Positions 1-9,629 of a stretch of 64,000 bases of DNA are shown here, one piece after another (the stretch's first letter is position 1; the number at the start of each line of letters is the position of its first letter). A model generated the notes under the pieces. The model did no database searches. It had not been told where the DNA came from and was given only the letters and a program-made list of their open reading frames with translations. Origin of the DNA: Candidatus Gastranaerophilales bacterium (GTDB taxonomy: Bacteria; Cyanobacteriota; Vampirovibrionia; Gastranaerophilales; Gastranaerophilaceae); NCBI GenBank assembly GCA_016287985.1, contig JAEEXX010000001.1:12717-76716 (forward strand). Direction: 5' to 3'. A program made the position numbers and the translations under genes.

Positions 1-659
1 CTCTCAACTTGACTCCAAGTCCGAATAATTTTCTAATCTACGCAATGCTGAAAAAAGACTTTGAATTCTTGAGAGAATTTGAGAAACTTGGAATATCTCC
101 TTTTGGAAAAAATATGACTGCCGAATATTTTGGTATAAGTAAAAATACATCTAAAAATACGAAAGATGCTGTTACTGTACTTTATTATAATAATCCTCGT
201 GATTTTGCAGTAATGCTCGCAACAAAAGGTCAAGATGAGTTATATTTATATAAAAATGCTGCAAATAAAGATTTTAGAACTTTATATAAAGACATGAATA
301 TTAAAAAAAGTAAATATGAAGGAGCAACTGTATTAGGGGATGAAGATGAGTTGAAGGTTCCTAATATAAAATTTGATGTGACAGCCAATTTTAGTGAGCT
401 GGAAGGGAAAAGAATAATGGGAACCAATCTGCACATTGATCAAGCTTTAGAAACGATAAAATTTAACATGGATAATAAGGGTGTACAATTGAAAAGTGAA
501 GCAGCTATATTAACAGAATCGATAGCTATGCCGCCGGAAAATGCTCCTGAACCAAGATATTTCTTTTTTGATAACACATTTGTTATCTTCTTAAAAGAAA
601 AAGACAGCAAAGTTCCATATTTTGCTTTAAGAGTAGATGATATATCATTGTTTCAATAG
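1..659 (+). CDS. Serpin-like protein, C-terminal part (5' end probably outside the window)
   Basis: C-terminus IDQALETIKFNMDNKGVQLKSEAAIL...RYFFFDNTFVIFLKEKDSKVPYFALRV follows the serpin hinge/RCL/s1C-s4B-s5B pattern. Confidence 0.5.
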   Translation, partial: LNLTPSPNNFLIYAMLKKDFEFLREFEKLGISPFGKNMTAEYFGISKNTSKNTKDAVTVLYYNNPRDFAVMLATKGQDELYLYKNAANKDFRTLYKDMNIKKSKYEGATVLGDEDELKVPNIKFDVTANFSELEGKRIMGTNLHIDQALETIKFNMDNKGVQLKSEAAILTESIAMPPENAPEPRYFFFDNTFVIFLKEKDSKVPYFALRVDDISLFQ

Positions 660-822
660 GTTTTGATTTCTTATTGTCAAGCAGGTATATTTCAGAAGAC
701 ATAATGTAATCTTTTATTACGGAATTTTCTTTTTGCATAAATATATATTAGAATAATATTATGAAAAAGGTTTTACCTGATATGGCAAAGTAAAGTACAG
801 TATGAAAACAGATAAGATTTGA

Positions 823-2787
823 ATGAGAAGAAGAAGAAAAAAATACGATTTTTATATAGTTTTGATATTAGCTGTAATAACAGCCGGCTATTTTATATAT
901 GACAGAGTTTCATCAGAAGCGAGGGGAATAAGTGCATATACTGCTGCGCTTGAAGACTATAAAGCGTCTGATTTTGAAAAAGCATACTATGAGTTTGCTA
1001 AAGTACCTTCATCATCAAGCTTAAAGGAATCGGCATTATTTAGACAGGCTCGTTGTGCAACAAATATGGGTAAGAAAGAACTCGCCATAAAAAAGTATAA
1101 CAGAATAGTTCACTCACATTCAAAATCCAGCATTGTTCCCATAAGTGAATATAATATGGCTAATTTGTTGTGGGAAATAAAAAACAGTTCTGCTAAAAAG
1201 CATTTTCAGAATATTATTAATAAATATCCGACAAGTGATTATGCAATTGCATCAGAATATTTTATGGGCATGATTAAAACAGAAAATTTGCCCGAAAACG
1301 AAAGTAAAAAGAACAAGATGCTGGAAAAAGCCGGAATGCATTTCAAAAACTACATAACAAAAGCTCCGGGCGGAAGATATTCGATCAAATCTGTTGAAGA
1401 ATTGCAAAAAATAAAGACCAAATTTAATAATTATGATAACCTTTTGCTGGCTAAGGTATATTATGAAAACGGAGATTTTGAAAAGGCAAGAGAATTCCTT
1501 AATAAAACTACGATAGCATTCAGCTGGCCTGATTTTGCAAAAACAGAATTCAAGCTTGGCAACACAGACAAAGTTAAATATTACACGGAAACTGGTTTAA
1601 AAGAACATGCGGATAGTGCTATCCCCAAAGAAGTATACGAAGTTATAGATTTTTATTTGCAATCTGCTCCATCAAGAGCGGCAGGAATTAAGTATTTGGC
1701 TTCACAGAATTATAAATCCACAGGTGCAGATTACATAGCATATCTTAATTGTAGCGAGGTCGTTCCTTCAAGCGCAAAAGAAGCATGTTTCAGAACTTTA
1801 TATGAAAAATATCCAAACGGTCAATTTTCAGCGGATGCTTTATATAACTTATTTATGACCAAATATTTGCAGAAAAAATATTACGATGCACAAAGGCTTG
1901 GGTTTTTGCATTTGAAAAAATTCCCGAATGTGAAATCCAGTCCTGCTATAACCTATTTCATGGGGAAAATATCCTATAAGCTTAAACACTATGAAAGCGC
2001 AAATGTGTATTATAAAAAAACTGTCGCAGACTATCCTGATTCATATTATGCATATAGAGCAAATTATAATCTGTACAAAGCAGACGGTATACTCCCTTTT
2101 GAAAACTTGCTAATGAAACCGGTTGTTTTTCCTTATAAAAAATCCATGGAAAACAATCTTGTCGTAAAATTAGCACTCTTAAAAGATTACGATTTGGTTG
2201 AAGAATTATGTAAGAAAGATAAATTTATACAAAGCTGGATAGCCTACCAAAAGGGGAACTATACGATATCTGCCATTCTTGCACGCAACGCAATGGAAGA
2301 ACTTACCGTAAAACCGTCATTTGATGATTTGAGATGGAGACTTATATATCCTCTCCATTATTATGAAATTGTTCACAAGTATAGAGGAAACAGTAACCCA
2401 ATAATATTACAAGCAATTTTAAAAGAAGAAAGCCACTTTAATCCATTTGCAGGTAGTTCTGTCGGAGCAGGCGGTTTGATGCAGTTGATGCCTTTAACTT
2501 ATGCCGAAGTTACTAAGAAGCACGGAATACAGGGTGATATATTTAATCCGGAAAGCAATATTAAAGCCGGCAGTGCATATTATGAAGGTTTGAAAAAGGT
2601 TCTCGGGAATAAAGATTTATATGCAATCTCTGCTTACAATGGCGGAATCGGCTCTGTAACAGGCTGGTTCTCCAAATTAATCTACAACGATACAGATGAG
2701 TTTGTTGAACAAATCCCATACCCCGAGACTAAAAATTATGTCAAAAAAGTTCTGCGCTCATATTGGGTTTACGGAAATATTTATTAA
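823..2787 (+). CDS. Slt70-like lytic transglycosylase with TPR repeats and an N-terminal membrane anchor
   Basis: SLT motifs AILKEESHFNP, GAGGLMQLMP, AYNGG and ETKNYVKKV; TPR-like helical repeats; N-terminal hydrophobic segment. Confidence 0.9.
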   Translation: MRRRRKKYDFYIVLILAVITAGYFIYDRVSSEARGISAYTAALEDYKASDFEKAYYEFAKVPSSSSLKESALFRQARCATNMGKKELAIKKYNRIVHSHSKSSIVPISEYNMANLLWEIKNSSAKKHFQNIINKYPTSDYAIASEYFMGMIKTENLPENESKKNKMLEKAGMHFKNYITKAPGGRYSIKSVEELQKIKTKFNNYDNLLLAKVYYENGDFEKAREFLNKTTIAFSWPDFAKTEFKLGNTDKVKYYTETGLKEHADSAIPKEVYEVIDFYLQSAPSRAAGIKYLASQNYKSTGADYIAYLNCSEVVPSSAKEACFRTLYEKYPNGQFSADALYNLFMTKYLQKKYYDAQRLGFLHLKKFPNVKSSPAITYFMGKISYKLKHYESANVYYKKTVADYPDSYYAYRANYNLYKADGILPFENLLMKPVVFPYKKSMENNLVVKLALLKDYDLVEELCKKDKFIQSWIAYQKGNYTISAILARNAMEELTVKPSFDDLRWRLIYPLHYYEIVHKYRGNSNPIILQAILKEESHFNPFAGSSVGAGGLMQLMPLTYAEVTKKHGIQGDIFNPESNIKAGSAYYEGLKKVLGNKDLYAISAYNGGIGSVTGWFSKLIYNDTDEFVEQIPYPETKNYVKKVLRSYWVYGNIY

Positions 2788-2788
2788 C

Positions 2789-2828
2789 AACAAAAAACAC
2801 CGAAGAATATTCTTCGGTGTTTTTTGTT
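2789..2828. terminator. Bidirectional intrinsic terminator
   Basis: Perfect palindrome AACAAAAAACACCGAAGAAT|ATTCTTCGGTGTTTTTTGTT between convergent genes. Confidence 0.85.
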
Positions 2829-2840
2829 AATTAGATTTAT

Positions 2841-3491
2841 TTACCCCTCGATTTCCGTCATTTTGTAAACCAAGCCTGCCGCTACAGCAGCCAAAAGATT
2901 AACAACAACTGTGGCACCTACACAGCACCAACCTGCGTGACAAAGAACGCCGAGTCCTAACGCTACAGCAGGATTAAATGCTCCAAAACAAAGAATTCCA
3001 CCTACAGCAAAAGCACCTACTGTAACAACAGAACCGATTGCTAAACCGTAGAAAGAATTTCCCTCAGTGCCTTTAGAAGTTGCAACATGAAGAACAACCC
3101 AGCAAAGCAAGAATGTAAACAAAAATTCACCTGTTACCAGTTGAGGTAATGCAAACGGACAGCTGCATCCTGCACAAGCTGTATCAGGGACTTTAGCAAA
3201 TTGTAAAGCTAAATATGCTGCTGCCGAACCGCCTAAACATTGAGCGACCCAATACGGAACCAATTGTTTCCATTCTAAGGCACCTCTTATTGCGGCTGCC
3301 AATGATACTGCCGGATTGTAATGCCCTCCGGAAACGTGTCCGCCTGCGTATACCAAAACCATCAATACAAAACCGATTGATATAGCGGGAATAACACCTT
3401 CGCCTGCAAGTGAAACTGCCGAAGCAACAGTGAACATTAAGAAAAATGCACCAATGAGTTCAACAAAGTACTTTTTAAAATTTTCTTTCAT
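2841..3491 (-). CDS. MIP/aquaporin family channel
   Basis: SGGHYNPAVS and AFNPAVA NPA boxes; six hydrophobic segments; AAGGAG RBS. Confidence 0.92.
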   Translation of the reverse strand: MKENFKKYFVELIGAFFLMFTVASAVSLAGEGVIPAISIGFVLMVLVYAGGHVSGGHYNPAVSLAAAIRGALEWKQLVPYWVAQCLGGSAAAYLALQFAKVPDTACAGCSCPFALPQLVTGEFLFTFLLCWVVLHVATSKGTEGNSFYGLAIGSVVTVGAFAVGGILCFGAFNPAVALGLGVLCHAGWCCVGATVVVNLLAAVAAGLVYKMTEIEG

Positions 3492-3587
3492 AAAACACTC
3501 CTTTTAAAACTTATTTAAAATAATAAAAACCGAACAAAATTATAATACTATTAAATCTCTGTGTTGTAAATAAATTGTTGTACATTA

Positions 3588-3615
3588 AAAGGGGTGACTA
3601 AAAAGTCACCCCTTT
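3588..3615 (-). terminator. Intrinsic terminator of the 3649-4176 gene
   Basis: AAAGGGGTGACT/AGTCACCCCTTT hairpin. Confidence 0.75.
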
Positions 3616-3648
3616 GTTTGTTTTACTTTTGGGACATAGTTCTACTAT

Positions 3649-4176
3649 TTATTGTAGTACATACGGATTCATGTATTCTTCTATTTTATCTTTCATATCA
3701 GCACTTAATTTTTTGTATTCAGCTTGTCGATTAGCCTCAGCAATTGAATCATTTTTCCTTTGTTTAGCATCATATAACGCTCTTTGTAATCTTAAAAATT
3801 CGACTGCTTCCATTGTTTTTTCACTTTCATTAAGAACATTATAGACGTCAATAGAATCCTGTCTGGTCTTGTTTGCGTTATTTTCAAAATCACTTAAGGC
3901 TTTTGTTCTTCGTTCGTTAGCTACTTTTTCAATTTTGTCTAACTCGTTTACATCAATGAGGTGAGGCCATGTAACAACCCTGGCATATTCCCCATCTGTT
4001 AAAAAATCATCAATCTCCTCCTGAGTATATAAGGCTGGGTTATTATAATATTCATTCAAAACTTCCCCCAAACGTTTTCCAAAATCGTGGGGCTCTTTGT
4101 TTCTGTTACAAGCGACACTTCCGCCCAATAACAATGCTGTACTTACAGCCATCATAGTTTTTCCGATTGCATTCAT
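3649..4176 (-). CDS. Hypothetical protein, putative lipoprotein
   Basis: Signal-like N-terminus ending SVA-C; RBS; own terminator. Confidence 0.65.
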   Translation of the reverse strand: MNAIGKTMMAVSTALLLGGSVACNRNKEPHDFGKRLGEVLNEYYNNPALYTQEEIDDFLTDGEYARVVTWPHLIDVNELDKIEKVANERRTKALSDFENNANKTRQDSIDVYNVLNESEKTMEAVEFLRLQRALYDAKQRKNDSIAEANRQAEYKKLSADMKDKIEEYMNPYVLQ

Positions 4177-4438
4177 AAAATTTTCCTTACCTTTCTGTTC
4201 CAGAGTATAGAACGTTTAATCACACATTTGAATCATGTAAGTTGAGTGAATACCAAAAATTGACTTAAAATCTGTTTTTTTTACAATTCTTAACATAGAA
4301 TGCGGGGAATTATATATTTATATAAGTTTTAAGGTTTTATATTAAAGCTATCAGATTAAAAACATGGATTTTCATGACTTATAAAAATTTTTCATTAAAA
4401 AACAGTCATACAAATGTATGAATTTTTCACAAACCCAT

Positions 4439-4465
4439 TAAAAAATCCTTATAAAATACCGATAA
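4439..4465 (+). promoter_or_regulatory. Sigma-28 (FliA/SigD-type) promoter
   Basis: TAAA-N15-ACCGATAA, against consensus TAAA-N15-GCCGATAA. Confidence 0.65.
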
Positions 4466-4488
4466 TACTGTAGGAAGGACGGTAAAAA

Positions 4489-6159
4489 TTGTTTAATACT
4501 ATGAATCCGATACGTCCGCAACCCTATCCGCAAAGGGGAACCGGAAACTATAATGCAGGAAATAATACTACTGATAAAGACGGACACAACCAAAACAATC
4601 AGGAGCAGCGTCAAAATGGGCAAAATGTGGTTGCAAGGGGACGAGTCGAGGATGTTCAACAGCAAACTGCGCAAAACCCAATAAGACCGGCGGTTTATTC
4701 CCCTGCAGTAAATGCATATGCGCAAAATTCAATCAATTCACCTGTCCATGGACAATATTTACAAAATTACCATACACAAAATAATCAAGTAAGTTTACAG
4801 CAATATCAGGCAATGAGCGGAGGTTATCAACCAATACAGAGACAACCAATGCCATCTGCACAAGCTTCTTCAATCTCTAAAAGTAATCGTGTTAATATAG
4901 CTCAAATACTTCGAGACTTTCGTAATACGATGAAAGCAATAGCTACACCTGAAGATTTGGAACAGGAAGTTAATCGTTATTTGGAAATTGCAGAACAGCA
5001 GGTTAAATCACCAAAACCACAGGTTAATCTCGTTCAAAGTAATTTAAAAATCGCTGCTTCAATTTTGGATAAATATATTTCAGAAACACTCAATAAAGAA
5101 TCAAAAGTTGTTCAAAATTGGCTGGATGCGCTATTTTTACAAAGAATTAATTATAATTACGATTCCGAGGAAATTAATCCTAATTTTTTGGTACAGTTTG
5201 CACAAAATGAAGAATCGCAAAAATCTGAACCGGAACCGGAACCAAATGATAATACAGTTGATGAACAAAATGAAGTGATTAACATTGAACAGAATGGGAA
5301 TCAGTTATCAGAAATTGAAGATTATGTTCCGCAATCGCTTGAAGAAGAATTTATTCAAGCCAAAGAAGTTATTGCAAATAAACCGAATATAACTATAATT
5401 CCGCAAGATACGAGATTGAAATCTCTATTCATGGAAGCAAAAAAACAAGCATTTTCAAACAATCCTCAAAGAGCAATGCAAATTTTTAAAGAAGCTTTTA
5501 ACAGAGCTGAAGAATTGAGAGATAATGAAACTCAATCAAGAATTTGTTTGGAAGTCGGGAAAATATATGATGACAATGATTTTGTTGTACAAGCTTTAAA
5601 CAGTTATCACAAGTCTTTAGAATACACAACTGATACAAATGTAAAATCAAAAGCACATTATTCTATAGCGCAAATATATGATGATGTGAACCAGATAGGT
5701 GCAGCTCTTGACCATTATATAACATCAATTTCGTATGCCGGAAAAGCAGATGATTTAATCGGTCAATCGGATTCATTAACAAAAGTAGCAAATATATACA
5801 CGGATAAATATGACGAAAGTGCTTTTGATTATTATGACATAGCTCGCAAACTCGTTGAACAAACTGCAGATGACAATATGAAAGGATATGTACTGTCAAA
5901 TACTGCAGATGCGTGTGTCCATTTCAGAAAAAATGATAAAGCTTTAAAATATTATGCGGAAGCTGTTAAAAATTACGAAAAAACAAATTCTGCCGAAGAA
6001 ATTGCAGAAAATTATAAATCTGCTGCGGAATTAATGATTCAATTCAATTCCCCAAACAAAGCACGTTCCTTGCTTAAAAAAGCTATGGTAAATGCGGTGA
6101 AAACCGGTAATGAAGACTTGATTTCCGAAATTAACTTGTTGCTGACAAGTGTTAATTAA
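4489..6159 (+). CDS. TPR-repeat protein with Q/N/P-rich disordered N-terminus
   Basis: C-terminal TPR-like repeats; TTG start after GGAAGG RBS. Confidence 0.75.
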   Translation: MFNTMNPIRPQPYPQRGTGNYNAGNNTTDKDGHNQNNQEQRQNGQNVVARGRVEDVQQQTAQNPIRPAVYSPAVNAYAQNSINSPVHGQYLQNYHTQNNQVSLQQYQAMSGGYQPIQRQPMPSAQASSISKSNRVNIAQILRDFRNTMKAIATPEDLEQEVNRYLEIAEQQVKSPKPQVNLVQSNLKIAASILDKYISETLNKESKVVQNWLDALFLQRINYNYDSEEINPNFLVQFAQNEESQKSEPEPEPNDNTVDEQNEVINIEQNGNQLSEIEDYVPQSLEEEFIQAKEVIANKPNITIIPQDTRLKSLFMEAKKQAFSNNPQRAMQIFKEAFNRAEELRDNETQSRICLEVGKIYDDNDFVVQALNSYHKSLEYTTDTNVKSKAHYSIAQIYDDVNQIGAALDHYITSISYAGKADDLIGQSDSLTKVANIYTDKYDESAFDYYDIARKLVEQTADDNMKGYVLSNTADACVHFRKNDKALKYYAEAVKNYEKTNSAEEIAENYKSAAELMIQFNSPNKARSLLKKAMVNAVKTGNEDLISEINLLLTSVN

Positions 6160-6746
6160 CCCTTTTCGTTTTGAAAAAATTGTAATTTAATATTTTCAGG
6201 AATAAAAACATCTTCGTATATTTCAGATAAGTTTTTTTCTGCAGGACTAAGATTTTCTTTTATATAATCGCCCCAAATAAAAATTTTACTTGAATTTATA
6301 CGTAAATTATCTTTCTGAGTAGAATTTTGTTTCCCGCAAACCATGCCAAATGGAATTTGCATTTTATCAAAAAAATCAGCAATTTTATTATAAGCACCAT
6401 AACTATAGGATGATATTTTGTCATTAGGAATAACTTTTAGTCCGCCGGAAAGAAAACCACGAAAAACAGCTCCTTCTTCTTTTAACCGCTCATATACTTT
6501 TTGTATTGAATCAATCACTATATTTACGTCAAATTTAGGGTTTACTTGCATATTAAATCCAAATATTGTATTATCACTACTTGTTAAAAACCCTGCGACA
6601 CTCGAAGTCATATCTTCCATTCGCATAACGACAGGATGCCTCCATTTATACACTTTAGCGTTATAAGATACTTCATTACTCAAACAATGCTCCGCCTTTA
6701 ACATAGACATTGATTTTGCGCTGCATATATTAATTTGATTAAACAT
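6156..6746 (-). CDS. Hypothetical protein
   Basis: 196-aa ORF with AAAGGAG RBS and an upstream AGCAAA-N14-GTTTT motif. Confidence 0.7.
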   Translation of the reverse strand: MFNQINICSAKSMSMLKAEHCLSNEVSYNAKVYKWRHPVVMRMEDMTSSVAGFLTSSDNTIFGFNMQVNPKFDVNIVIDSIQKVYERLKEEGAVFRGFLSGGLKVIPNDKISSYSYGAYNKIADFFDKMQIPFGMVCGKQNSTQKDNLRINSSKIFIWGDYIKENLSPAEKNLSEIYEDVFIPENIKLQFFQNEKG

Positions 6747-6770
6747 GTTTGACTCCTTTCTACAGACTAT

Positions 6771-6794
6771 AAAACCCGTAAAAAAAATATTTGC
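6771..6794 (-). promoter_or_regulatory. Conserved promoter-like motif (GCAAA-N14-GTTTT)
   Basis: GCAAATATTTTTTTTACGGGTTTT; near-identical copy at 42283-42306. Confidence 0.6.
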
Positions 6795-6799
6795 TGCAT

Positions 6800-6878
6800 A
6801 AAAGAAAAAGCTATGAACGAATCTCGTGCATAGCTGTTGATTAGGGATATGTGTATCGTCGTTTTTAAGGAGTATAGG
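6800..6878 (-). ncRNA. Candidate sRNA
   Basis: Extended -10 (TGcTAATAT) at 6882-6890, ACUCCUU near the 5' end, and a minus-strand terminator at 6809-6835 with a U tract; no ORF. Confidence 0.4.
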
Positions 6879-6990
6879 TATATATTAGCAGTACATTTTT
6901 AAAATAAAATCATAAGAACGGAGGATTTTGTTAATATTTCTTAACAAATATGGTTTGGGTAAATTTTTGTAACAATTTTATAACTTTCAT

Positions 6991-7017
6991 TAAAGTTTTT
7001 TATGATTATGCCGTTAA
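6991..7017 (+). promoter_or_regulatory. Sigma-28-type promoter
   Basis: TAAAGTTT-N11-GCCGTTAA. Confidence 0.7.
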
Positions 7018-7058
7018 GATTAAAGTTAGTATTAATAAAATAGTAAGGAGATTTTATT

Positions 7059-7736
7059 ATGACAATTCCCGGAATCGGTGCTACACCTGAACAACCCCAA
7101 AAACCTGATATGGACATTGCTCCACAAAACCCGAAAACCCCTAAGAATTCCATATGGGTAAGCTTTGTTGATTCTGACAATAAGGTGGATATAAATGATG
7201 TCGAATTCTCGAAAGATGCTCCTGAAGAACTTCGAAACGTATTTGAAAATAAAATTAAAAATTTCCTTAAAAAATATCAGCAAAATGGAGCTTCTTGGAA
7301 TGACGAATTATTGGAAAAATTAGGATTAGCATTGGATAAATATACAGAAGCTTGTAACAAATGGTATAATGAACTAAAAAAGCAAACAGAGCCGGAGGGG
7401 AAAGATGCTTTGGAAAAGCATTTTGACCAAATAGCGGCTGGGTATGCAGATCAATTTAATAATTTTGAAACCCAAGCTAATAATGAGTTAAAGCAATTAA
7501 ATAAAGATGGTGCATATGAAATCCTTAATAATTTAGAAAACGGTTTCAACGGTTGTCTTAATATTGACGGAGTCGGAATAGTCACATACAACGCAGATAG
7601 TGAATCATATACAATTAAATATGCAGACAACTCTTATAAAGATTTTAGTAAATCCGATATAAGAAAAGAAATAGAAAAATATATTGATGATGGTTATTTG
7701 GTTTCAGGTGATTCAAACAAAACAGTTCATAAATAA
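7059..7736 (+). CDS. Hypothetical acidic protein
   Basis: 225-aa ORF with AAGGAG RBS and a sigma-28-type promoter. Confidence 0.7.
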   Translation: MTIPGIGATPEQPQKPDMDIAPQNPKTPKNSIWVSFVDSDNKVDINDVEFSKDAPEELRNVFENKIKNFLKKYQQNGASWNDELLEKLGLALDKYTEACNKWYNELKKQTEPEGKDALEKHFDQIAAGYADQFNNFETQANNELKQLNKDGAYEILNNLENGFNGCLNIDGVGIVTYNADSESYTIKYADNSYKDFSKSDIRKEIEKYIDDGYLVSGDSNKTVHK

Positions 7737-7830
7737 TTTTTATGAAATTATTTAAATTGTCAATGCAAAAAGACCCTTGAAAAGAGCAGCACATAAAGTA
7801 GACTTTAGACTACTGAAACAATTTATAACA

Positions 7831-7899
7831 AATAAAAAGCAGACCAATAGATCTGCTTTTTATTGTAAATGGCGGGGTTGACGGTGCAAGGTTCGAACT
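7831..7899 (-). mobile_element. att-like duplicate of the tRNA-Asp 3' end plus terminator
   Basis: 25-bp exact repeat TCTGCTTTTTATTGTAAATGGCGGG at 7852-7876 and 9612-9636, followed by a degenerate T-arm-like GGTTCGAAC. Confidence 0.7.
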
Positions 7900-7976
7900 T
7901 TTTAAGAAATTTTACGAACACTTGCAAGCTTATGTTTATTTACCCCTTAACCCTGGTAATTCAATATCTTTATATT

Positions 7977-8282
7977 TTAAGCGACTTTTAAAGTTAAACC
8001 CAATTCTTTCAAAATTTTTGCTAAAGTTGTTATTTTAGGCTCTTTTTTGCCCTGAATTATGTTATATAACCCCATTCTGCTTAAATCTACTTTGCCTGCA
8101 AAACCCTGCATTGTATCACGGGATTTTATTACAAGCTCCAATGCACGATAGAATATGTTAAAATTACCATCTTCTATATATTGTTCAAATGCATAACTTA
8201 AGTATTCTTTCAAATCTTCTTCATTATTAAAGACTTGGTTAAATGCTTCATCCATAGGTATTGAGTTTTTATATTCTGTCAT
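7977..8282 (-). CDS. Addiction module antidote, HigA-like HTH antitoxin
   Basis: YLSYAFE...ALELVIKSR...MQGFAGKVDLSRMGLY...EPKITTLAKILKELG; overlaps the toxin stop codon. Confidence 0.85.
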   Translation of the reverse strand: MTEYKNSIPMDEAFNQVFNNEEDLKEYLSYAFEQYIEDGNFNIFYRALELVIKSRDTMQGFAGKVDLSRMGLYNIIQGKKEPKITTLAKILKELGLTLKVA

Positions 8283-8598
8283 TGTTTTGCCTCCATATTT
8301 CTAAATATTCTTTTGCTTTTGATATATCGTTACTTTGTAACTTTTTATCACCTGCGTTTAAAAGTAAAACTACAATATTATCAACTTCTGTATAATAAAT
8401 TCTGTAGCCGCTTCCGAAACTGAAACGTAATTCTGATATTTCATTATCAAGTTTCTTAAAATCACCAAAGTTATCATCTTGTTCGATTCTGGTCAATCGG
8501 TCTTGTATTCTAATACGAATACCCTTGTCTAAACTCTTTAACCATTCAACAACAGGAACTTTATTATTAGTATGCTGATAAAATCGTATTTCTTTCAT
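8269..8598 (-). CDS. RelE/ParE/HigB-family toxin (addiction module killer)
   Basis: NFGDFKKL...ISELRFSFGSGYRIYY...VVLLLNAGDKK..SNDI.KAKEY. Confidence 0.9.
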   Translation of the reverse strand: MKEIRFYQHTNNKVPVVEWLKSLDKGIRIRIQDRLTRIEQDDNFGDFKKLDNEISELRFSFGSGYRIYYTEVDNIVVLLLNAGDKKLQSNDISKAKEYLEIWRQNNDRI

Positions 8599-8604
8599 AA
8601 TTAT

Positions 8605-8633
8605 ATTGTAAACTATAGTTTACATAAAATCAA
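8605..8633 (-). promoter_or_regulatory. Sigma-70 promoter of the TA operon with overlapping operator palindrome
   Basis: TTGATT-N17-TACAAT; perfect palindrome TGTAAACTATAGTTTACA at 8607-8624. Confidence 0.7.
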
Positions 8634-8814
8634 GGGGGTGATTTTTTTACTCCAAATGTGACTAAAATCTGTTCTATGATTGAAAAACTCGGCTTTGTTG
8701 CATAATAAATTGTAACATTTTTGTAATATTTGAGAAAATGTAAGCAAAATTGAAAATTTAGCAGTTTTTTTAAGAGTGAATATGTGTGTGGCTAAAAATG
8801 TAAAAGAGGTCAAA

Positions 8815-9561
8815 ATGAATACAATACTGAATACGAATTACCAAACGGCAAATTTAAATACCAGATATATTCGCAAAGAAAATCAAAATATTTCTTTTAC
8901 CGGCACAAAAAGTGCATTTAATGCAGTAAACAAAAATGCAGGAACAACCCGTAACGTACTACTTGCAGCTGCTTTATTTCCGTTTATAAAATTAATAGAA
9001 CTATTGGGCAAATTAAACGTTAATCAAAATAGAAGAAATGAAATAAATGCAATGACCGAAGAATTAAAAAGACAATATGAAGACCCAAATTGCAGTTATG
9101 AAGATTTCGAAAACACAACAAAGAAAATCAAAGATTACTTAAACAACAACGAATATGGTATAGGTTATGAATATAATAAAAGTTTGGTAAATGATGCGAT
9201 GGCATTTTTAGCCGGCAAATTTCATTCAGAGTCTGATATAAGTAATCGTTTTAAGCCATTTGAAGATGATAAAGGTGATTATAAAAAAAGATTTGACAAG
9301 TTTATGTTACTTGTACAACAATCGGCTGAACTGGTTGTAGCATCGCCCAAAAGTAGTTTCGAAGAAGATGTAGGAGGTTGGTACAAATTTGAAAAGGATG
9401 GAAATATAGCTCATAAAATAATGAATCAAGATACATCAGGACTTTCTGATAAGGAGCTCAACGGTGACACTTATGCTTTTAATTTATATGGTTTTACTGA
9501 CAAGGAAGCAGATTTGTCCAAACTTGCAACAGCTGCTAGGGCAGCAAGAAACATAAACTAG
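8815..9561 (+). CDS. Hypothetical protein with lineage-type N-terminal leader (...NISFTG) and a hydrophobic segment
   Basis: Start reassigned to ATG 8815 after AAGAGG. Confidence 0.7.
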   Translation: MNTILNTNYQTANLNTRYIRKENQNISFTGTKSAFNAVNKNAGTTRNVLLAAALFPFIKLIELLGKLNVNQNRRNEINAMTEELKRQYEDPNCSYEDFENTTKKIKDYLNNNEYGIGYEYNKSLVNDAMAFLAGKFHSESDISNRFKPFEDDKGDYKKRFDKFMLLVQQSAELVVASPKSSFEEDVGGWYKFEKDGNIAHKIMNQDTSGLSDKELNGDTYAFNLYGFTDKEADLSKLATAARAARNIN

Positions 9562-9629
9562 CAAATAGGGCTAACCCGATAATATTAAAAACAAAAAAAC
9601 AGACCTAACGGTCTGCTTTTTATTGTAAA

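Noticed and set aside
7870-7900. Second tRNA gene
   Set aside because: Only a degenerate 3' fragment; no D-arm or anticodon arm.
9554-9582. Sigma-28 promoter TAAA...CCCGATAA
   Set aside because: Spacer is 17 nt rather than 15 and no downstream gene lies on that strand.
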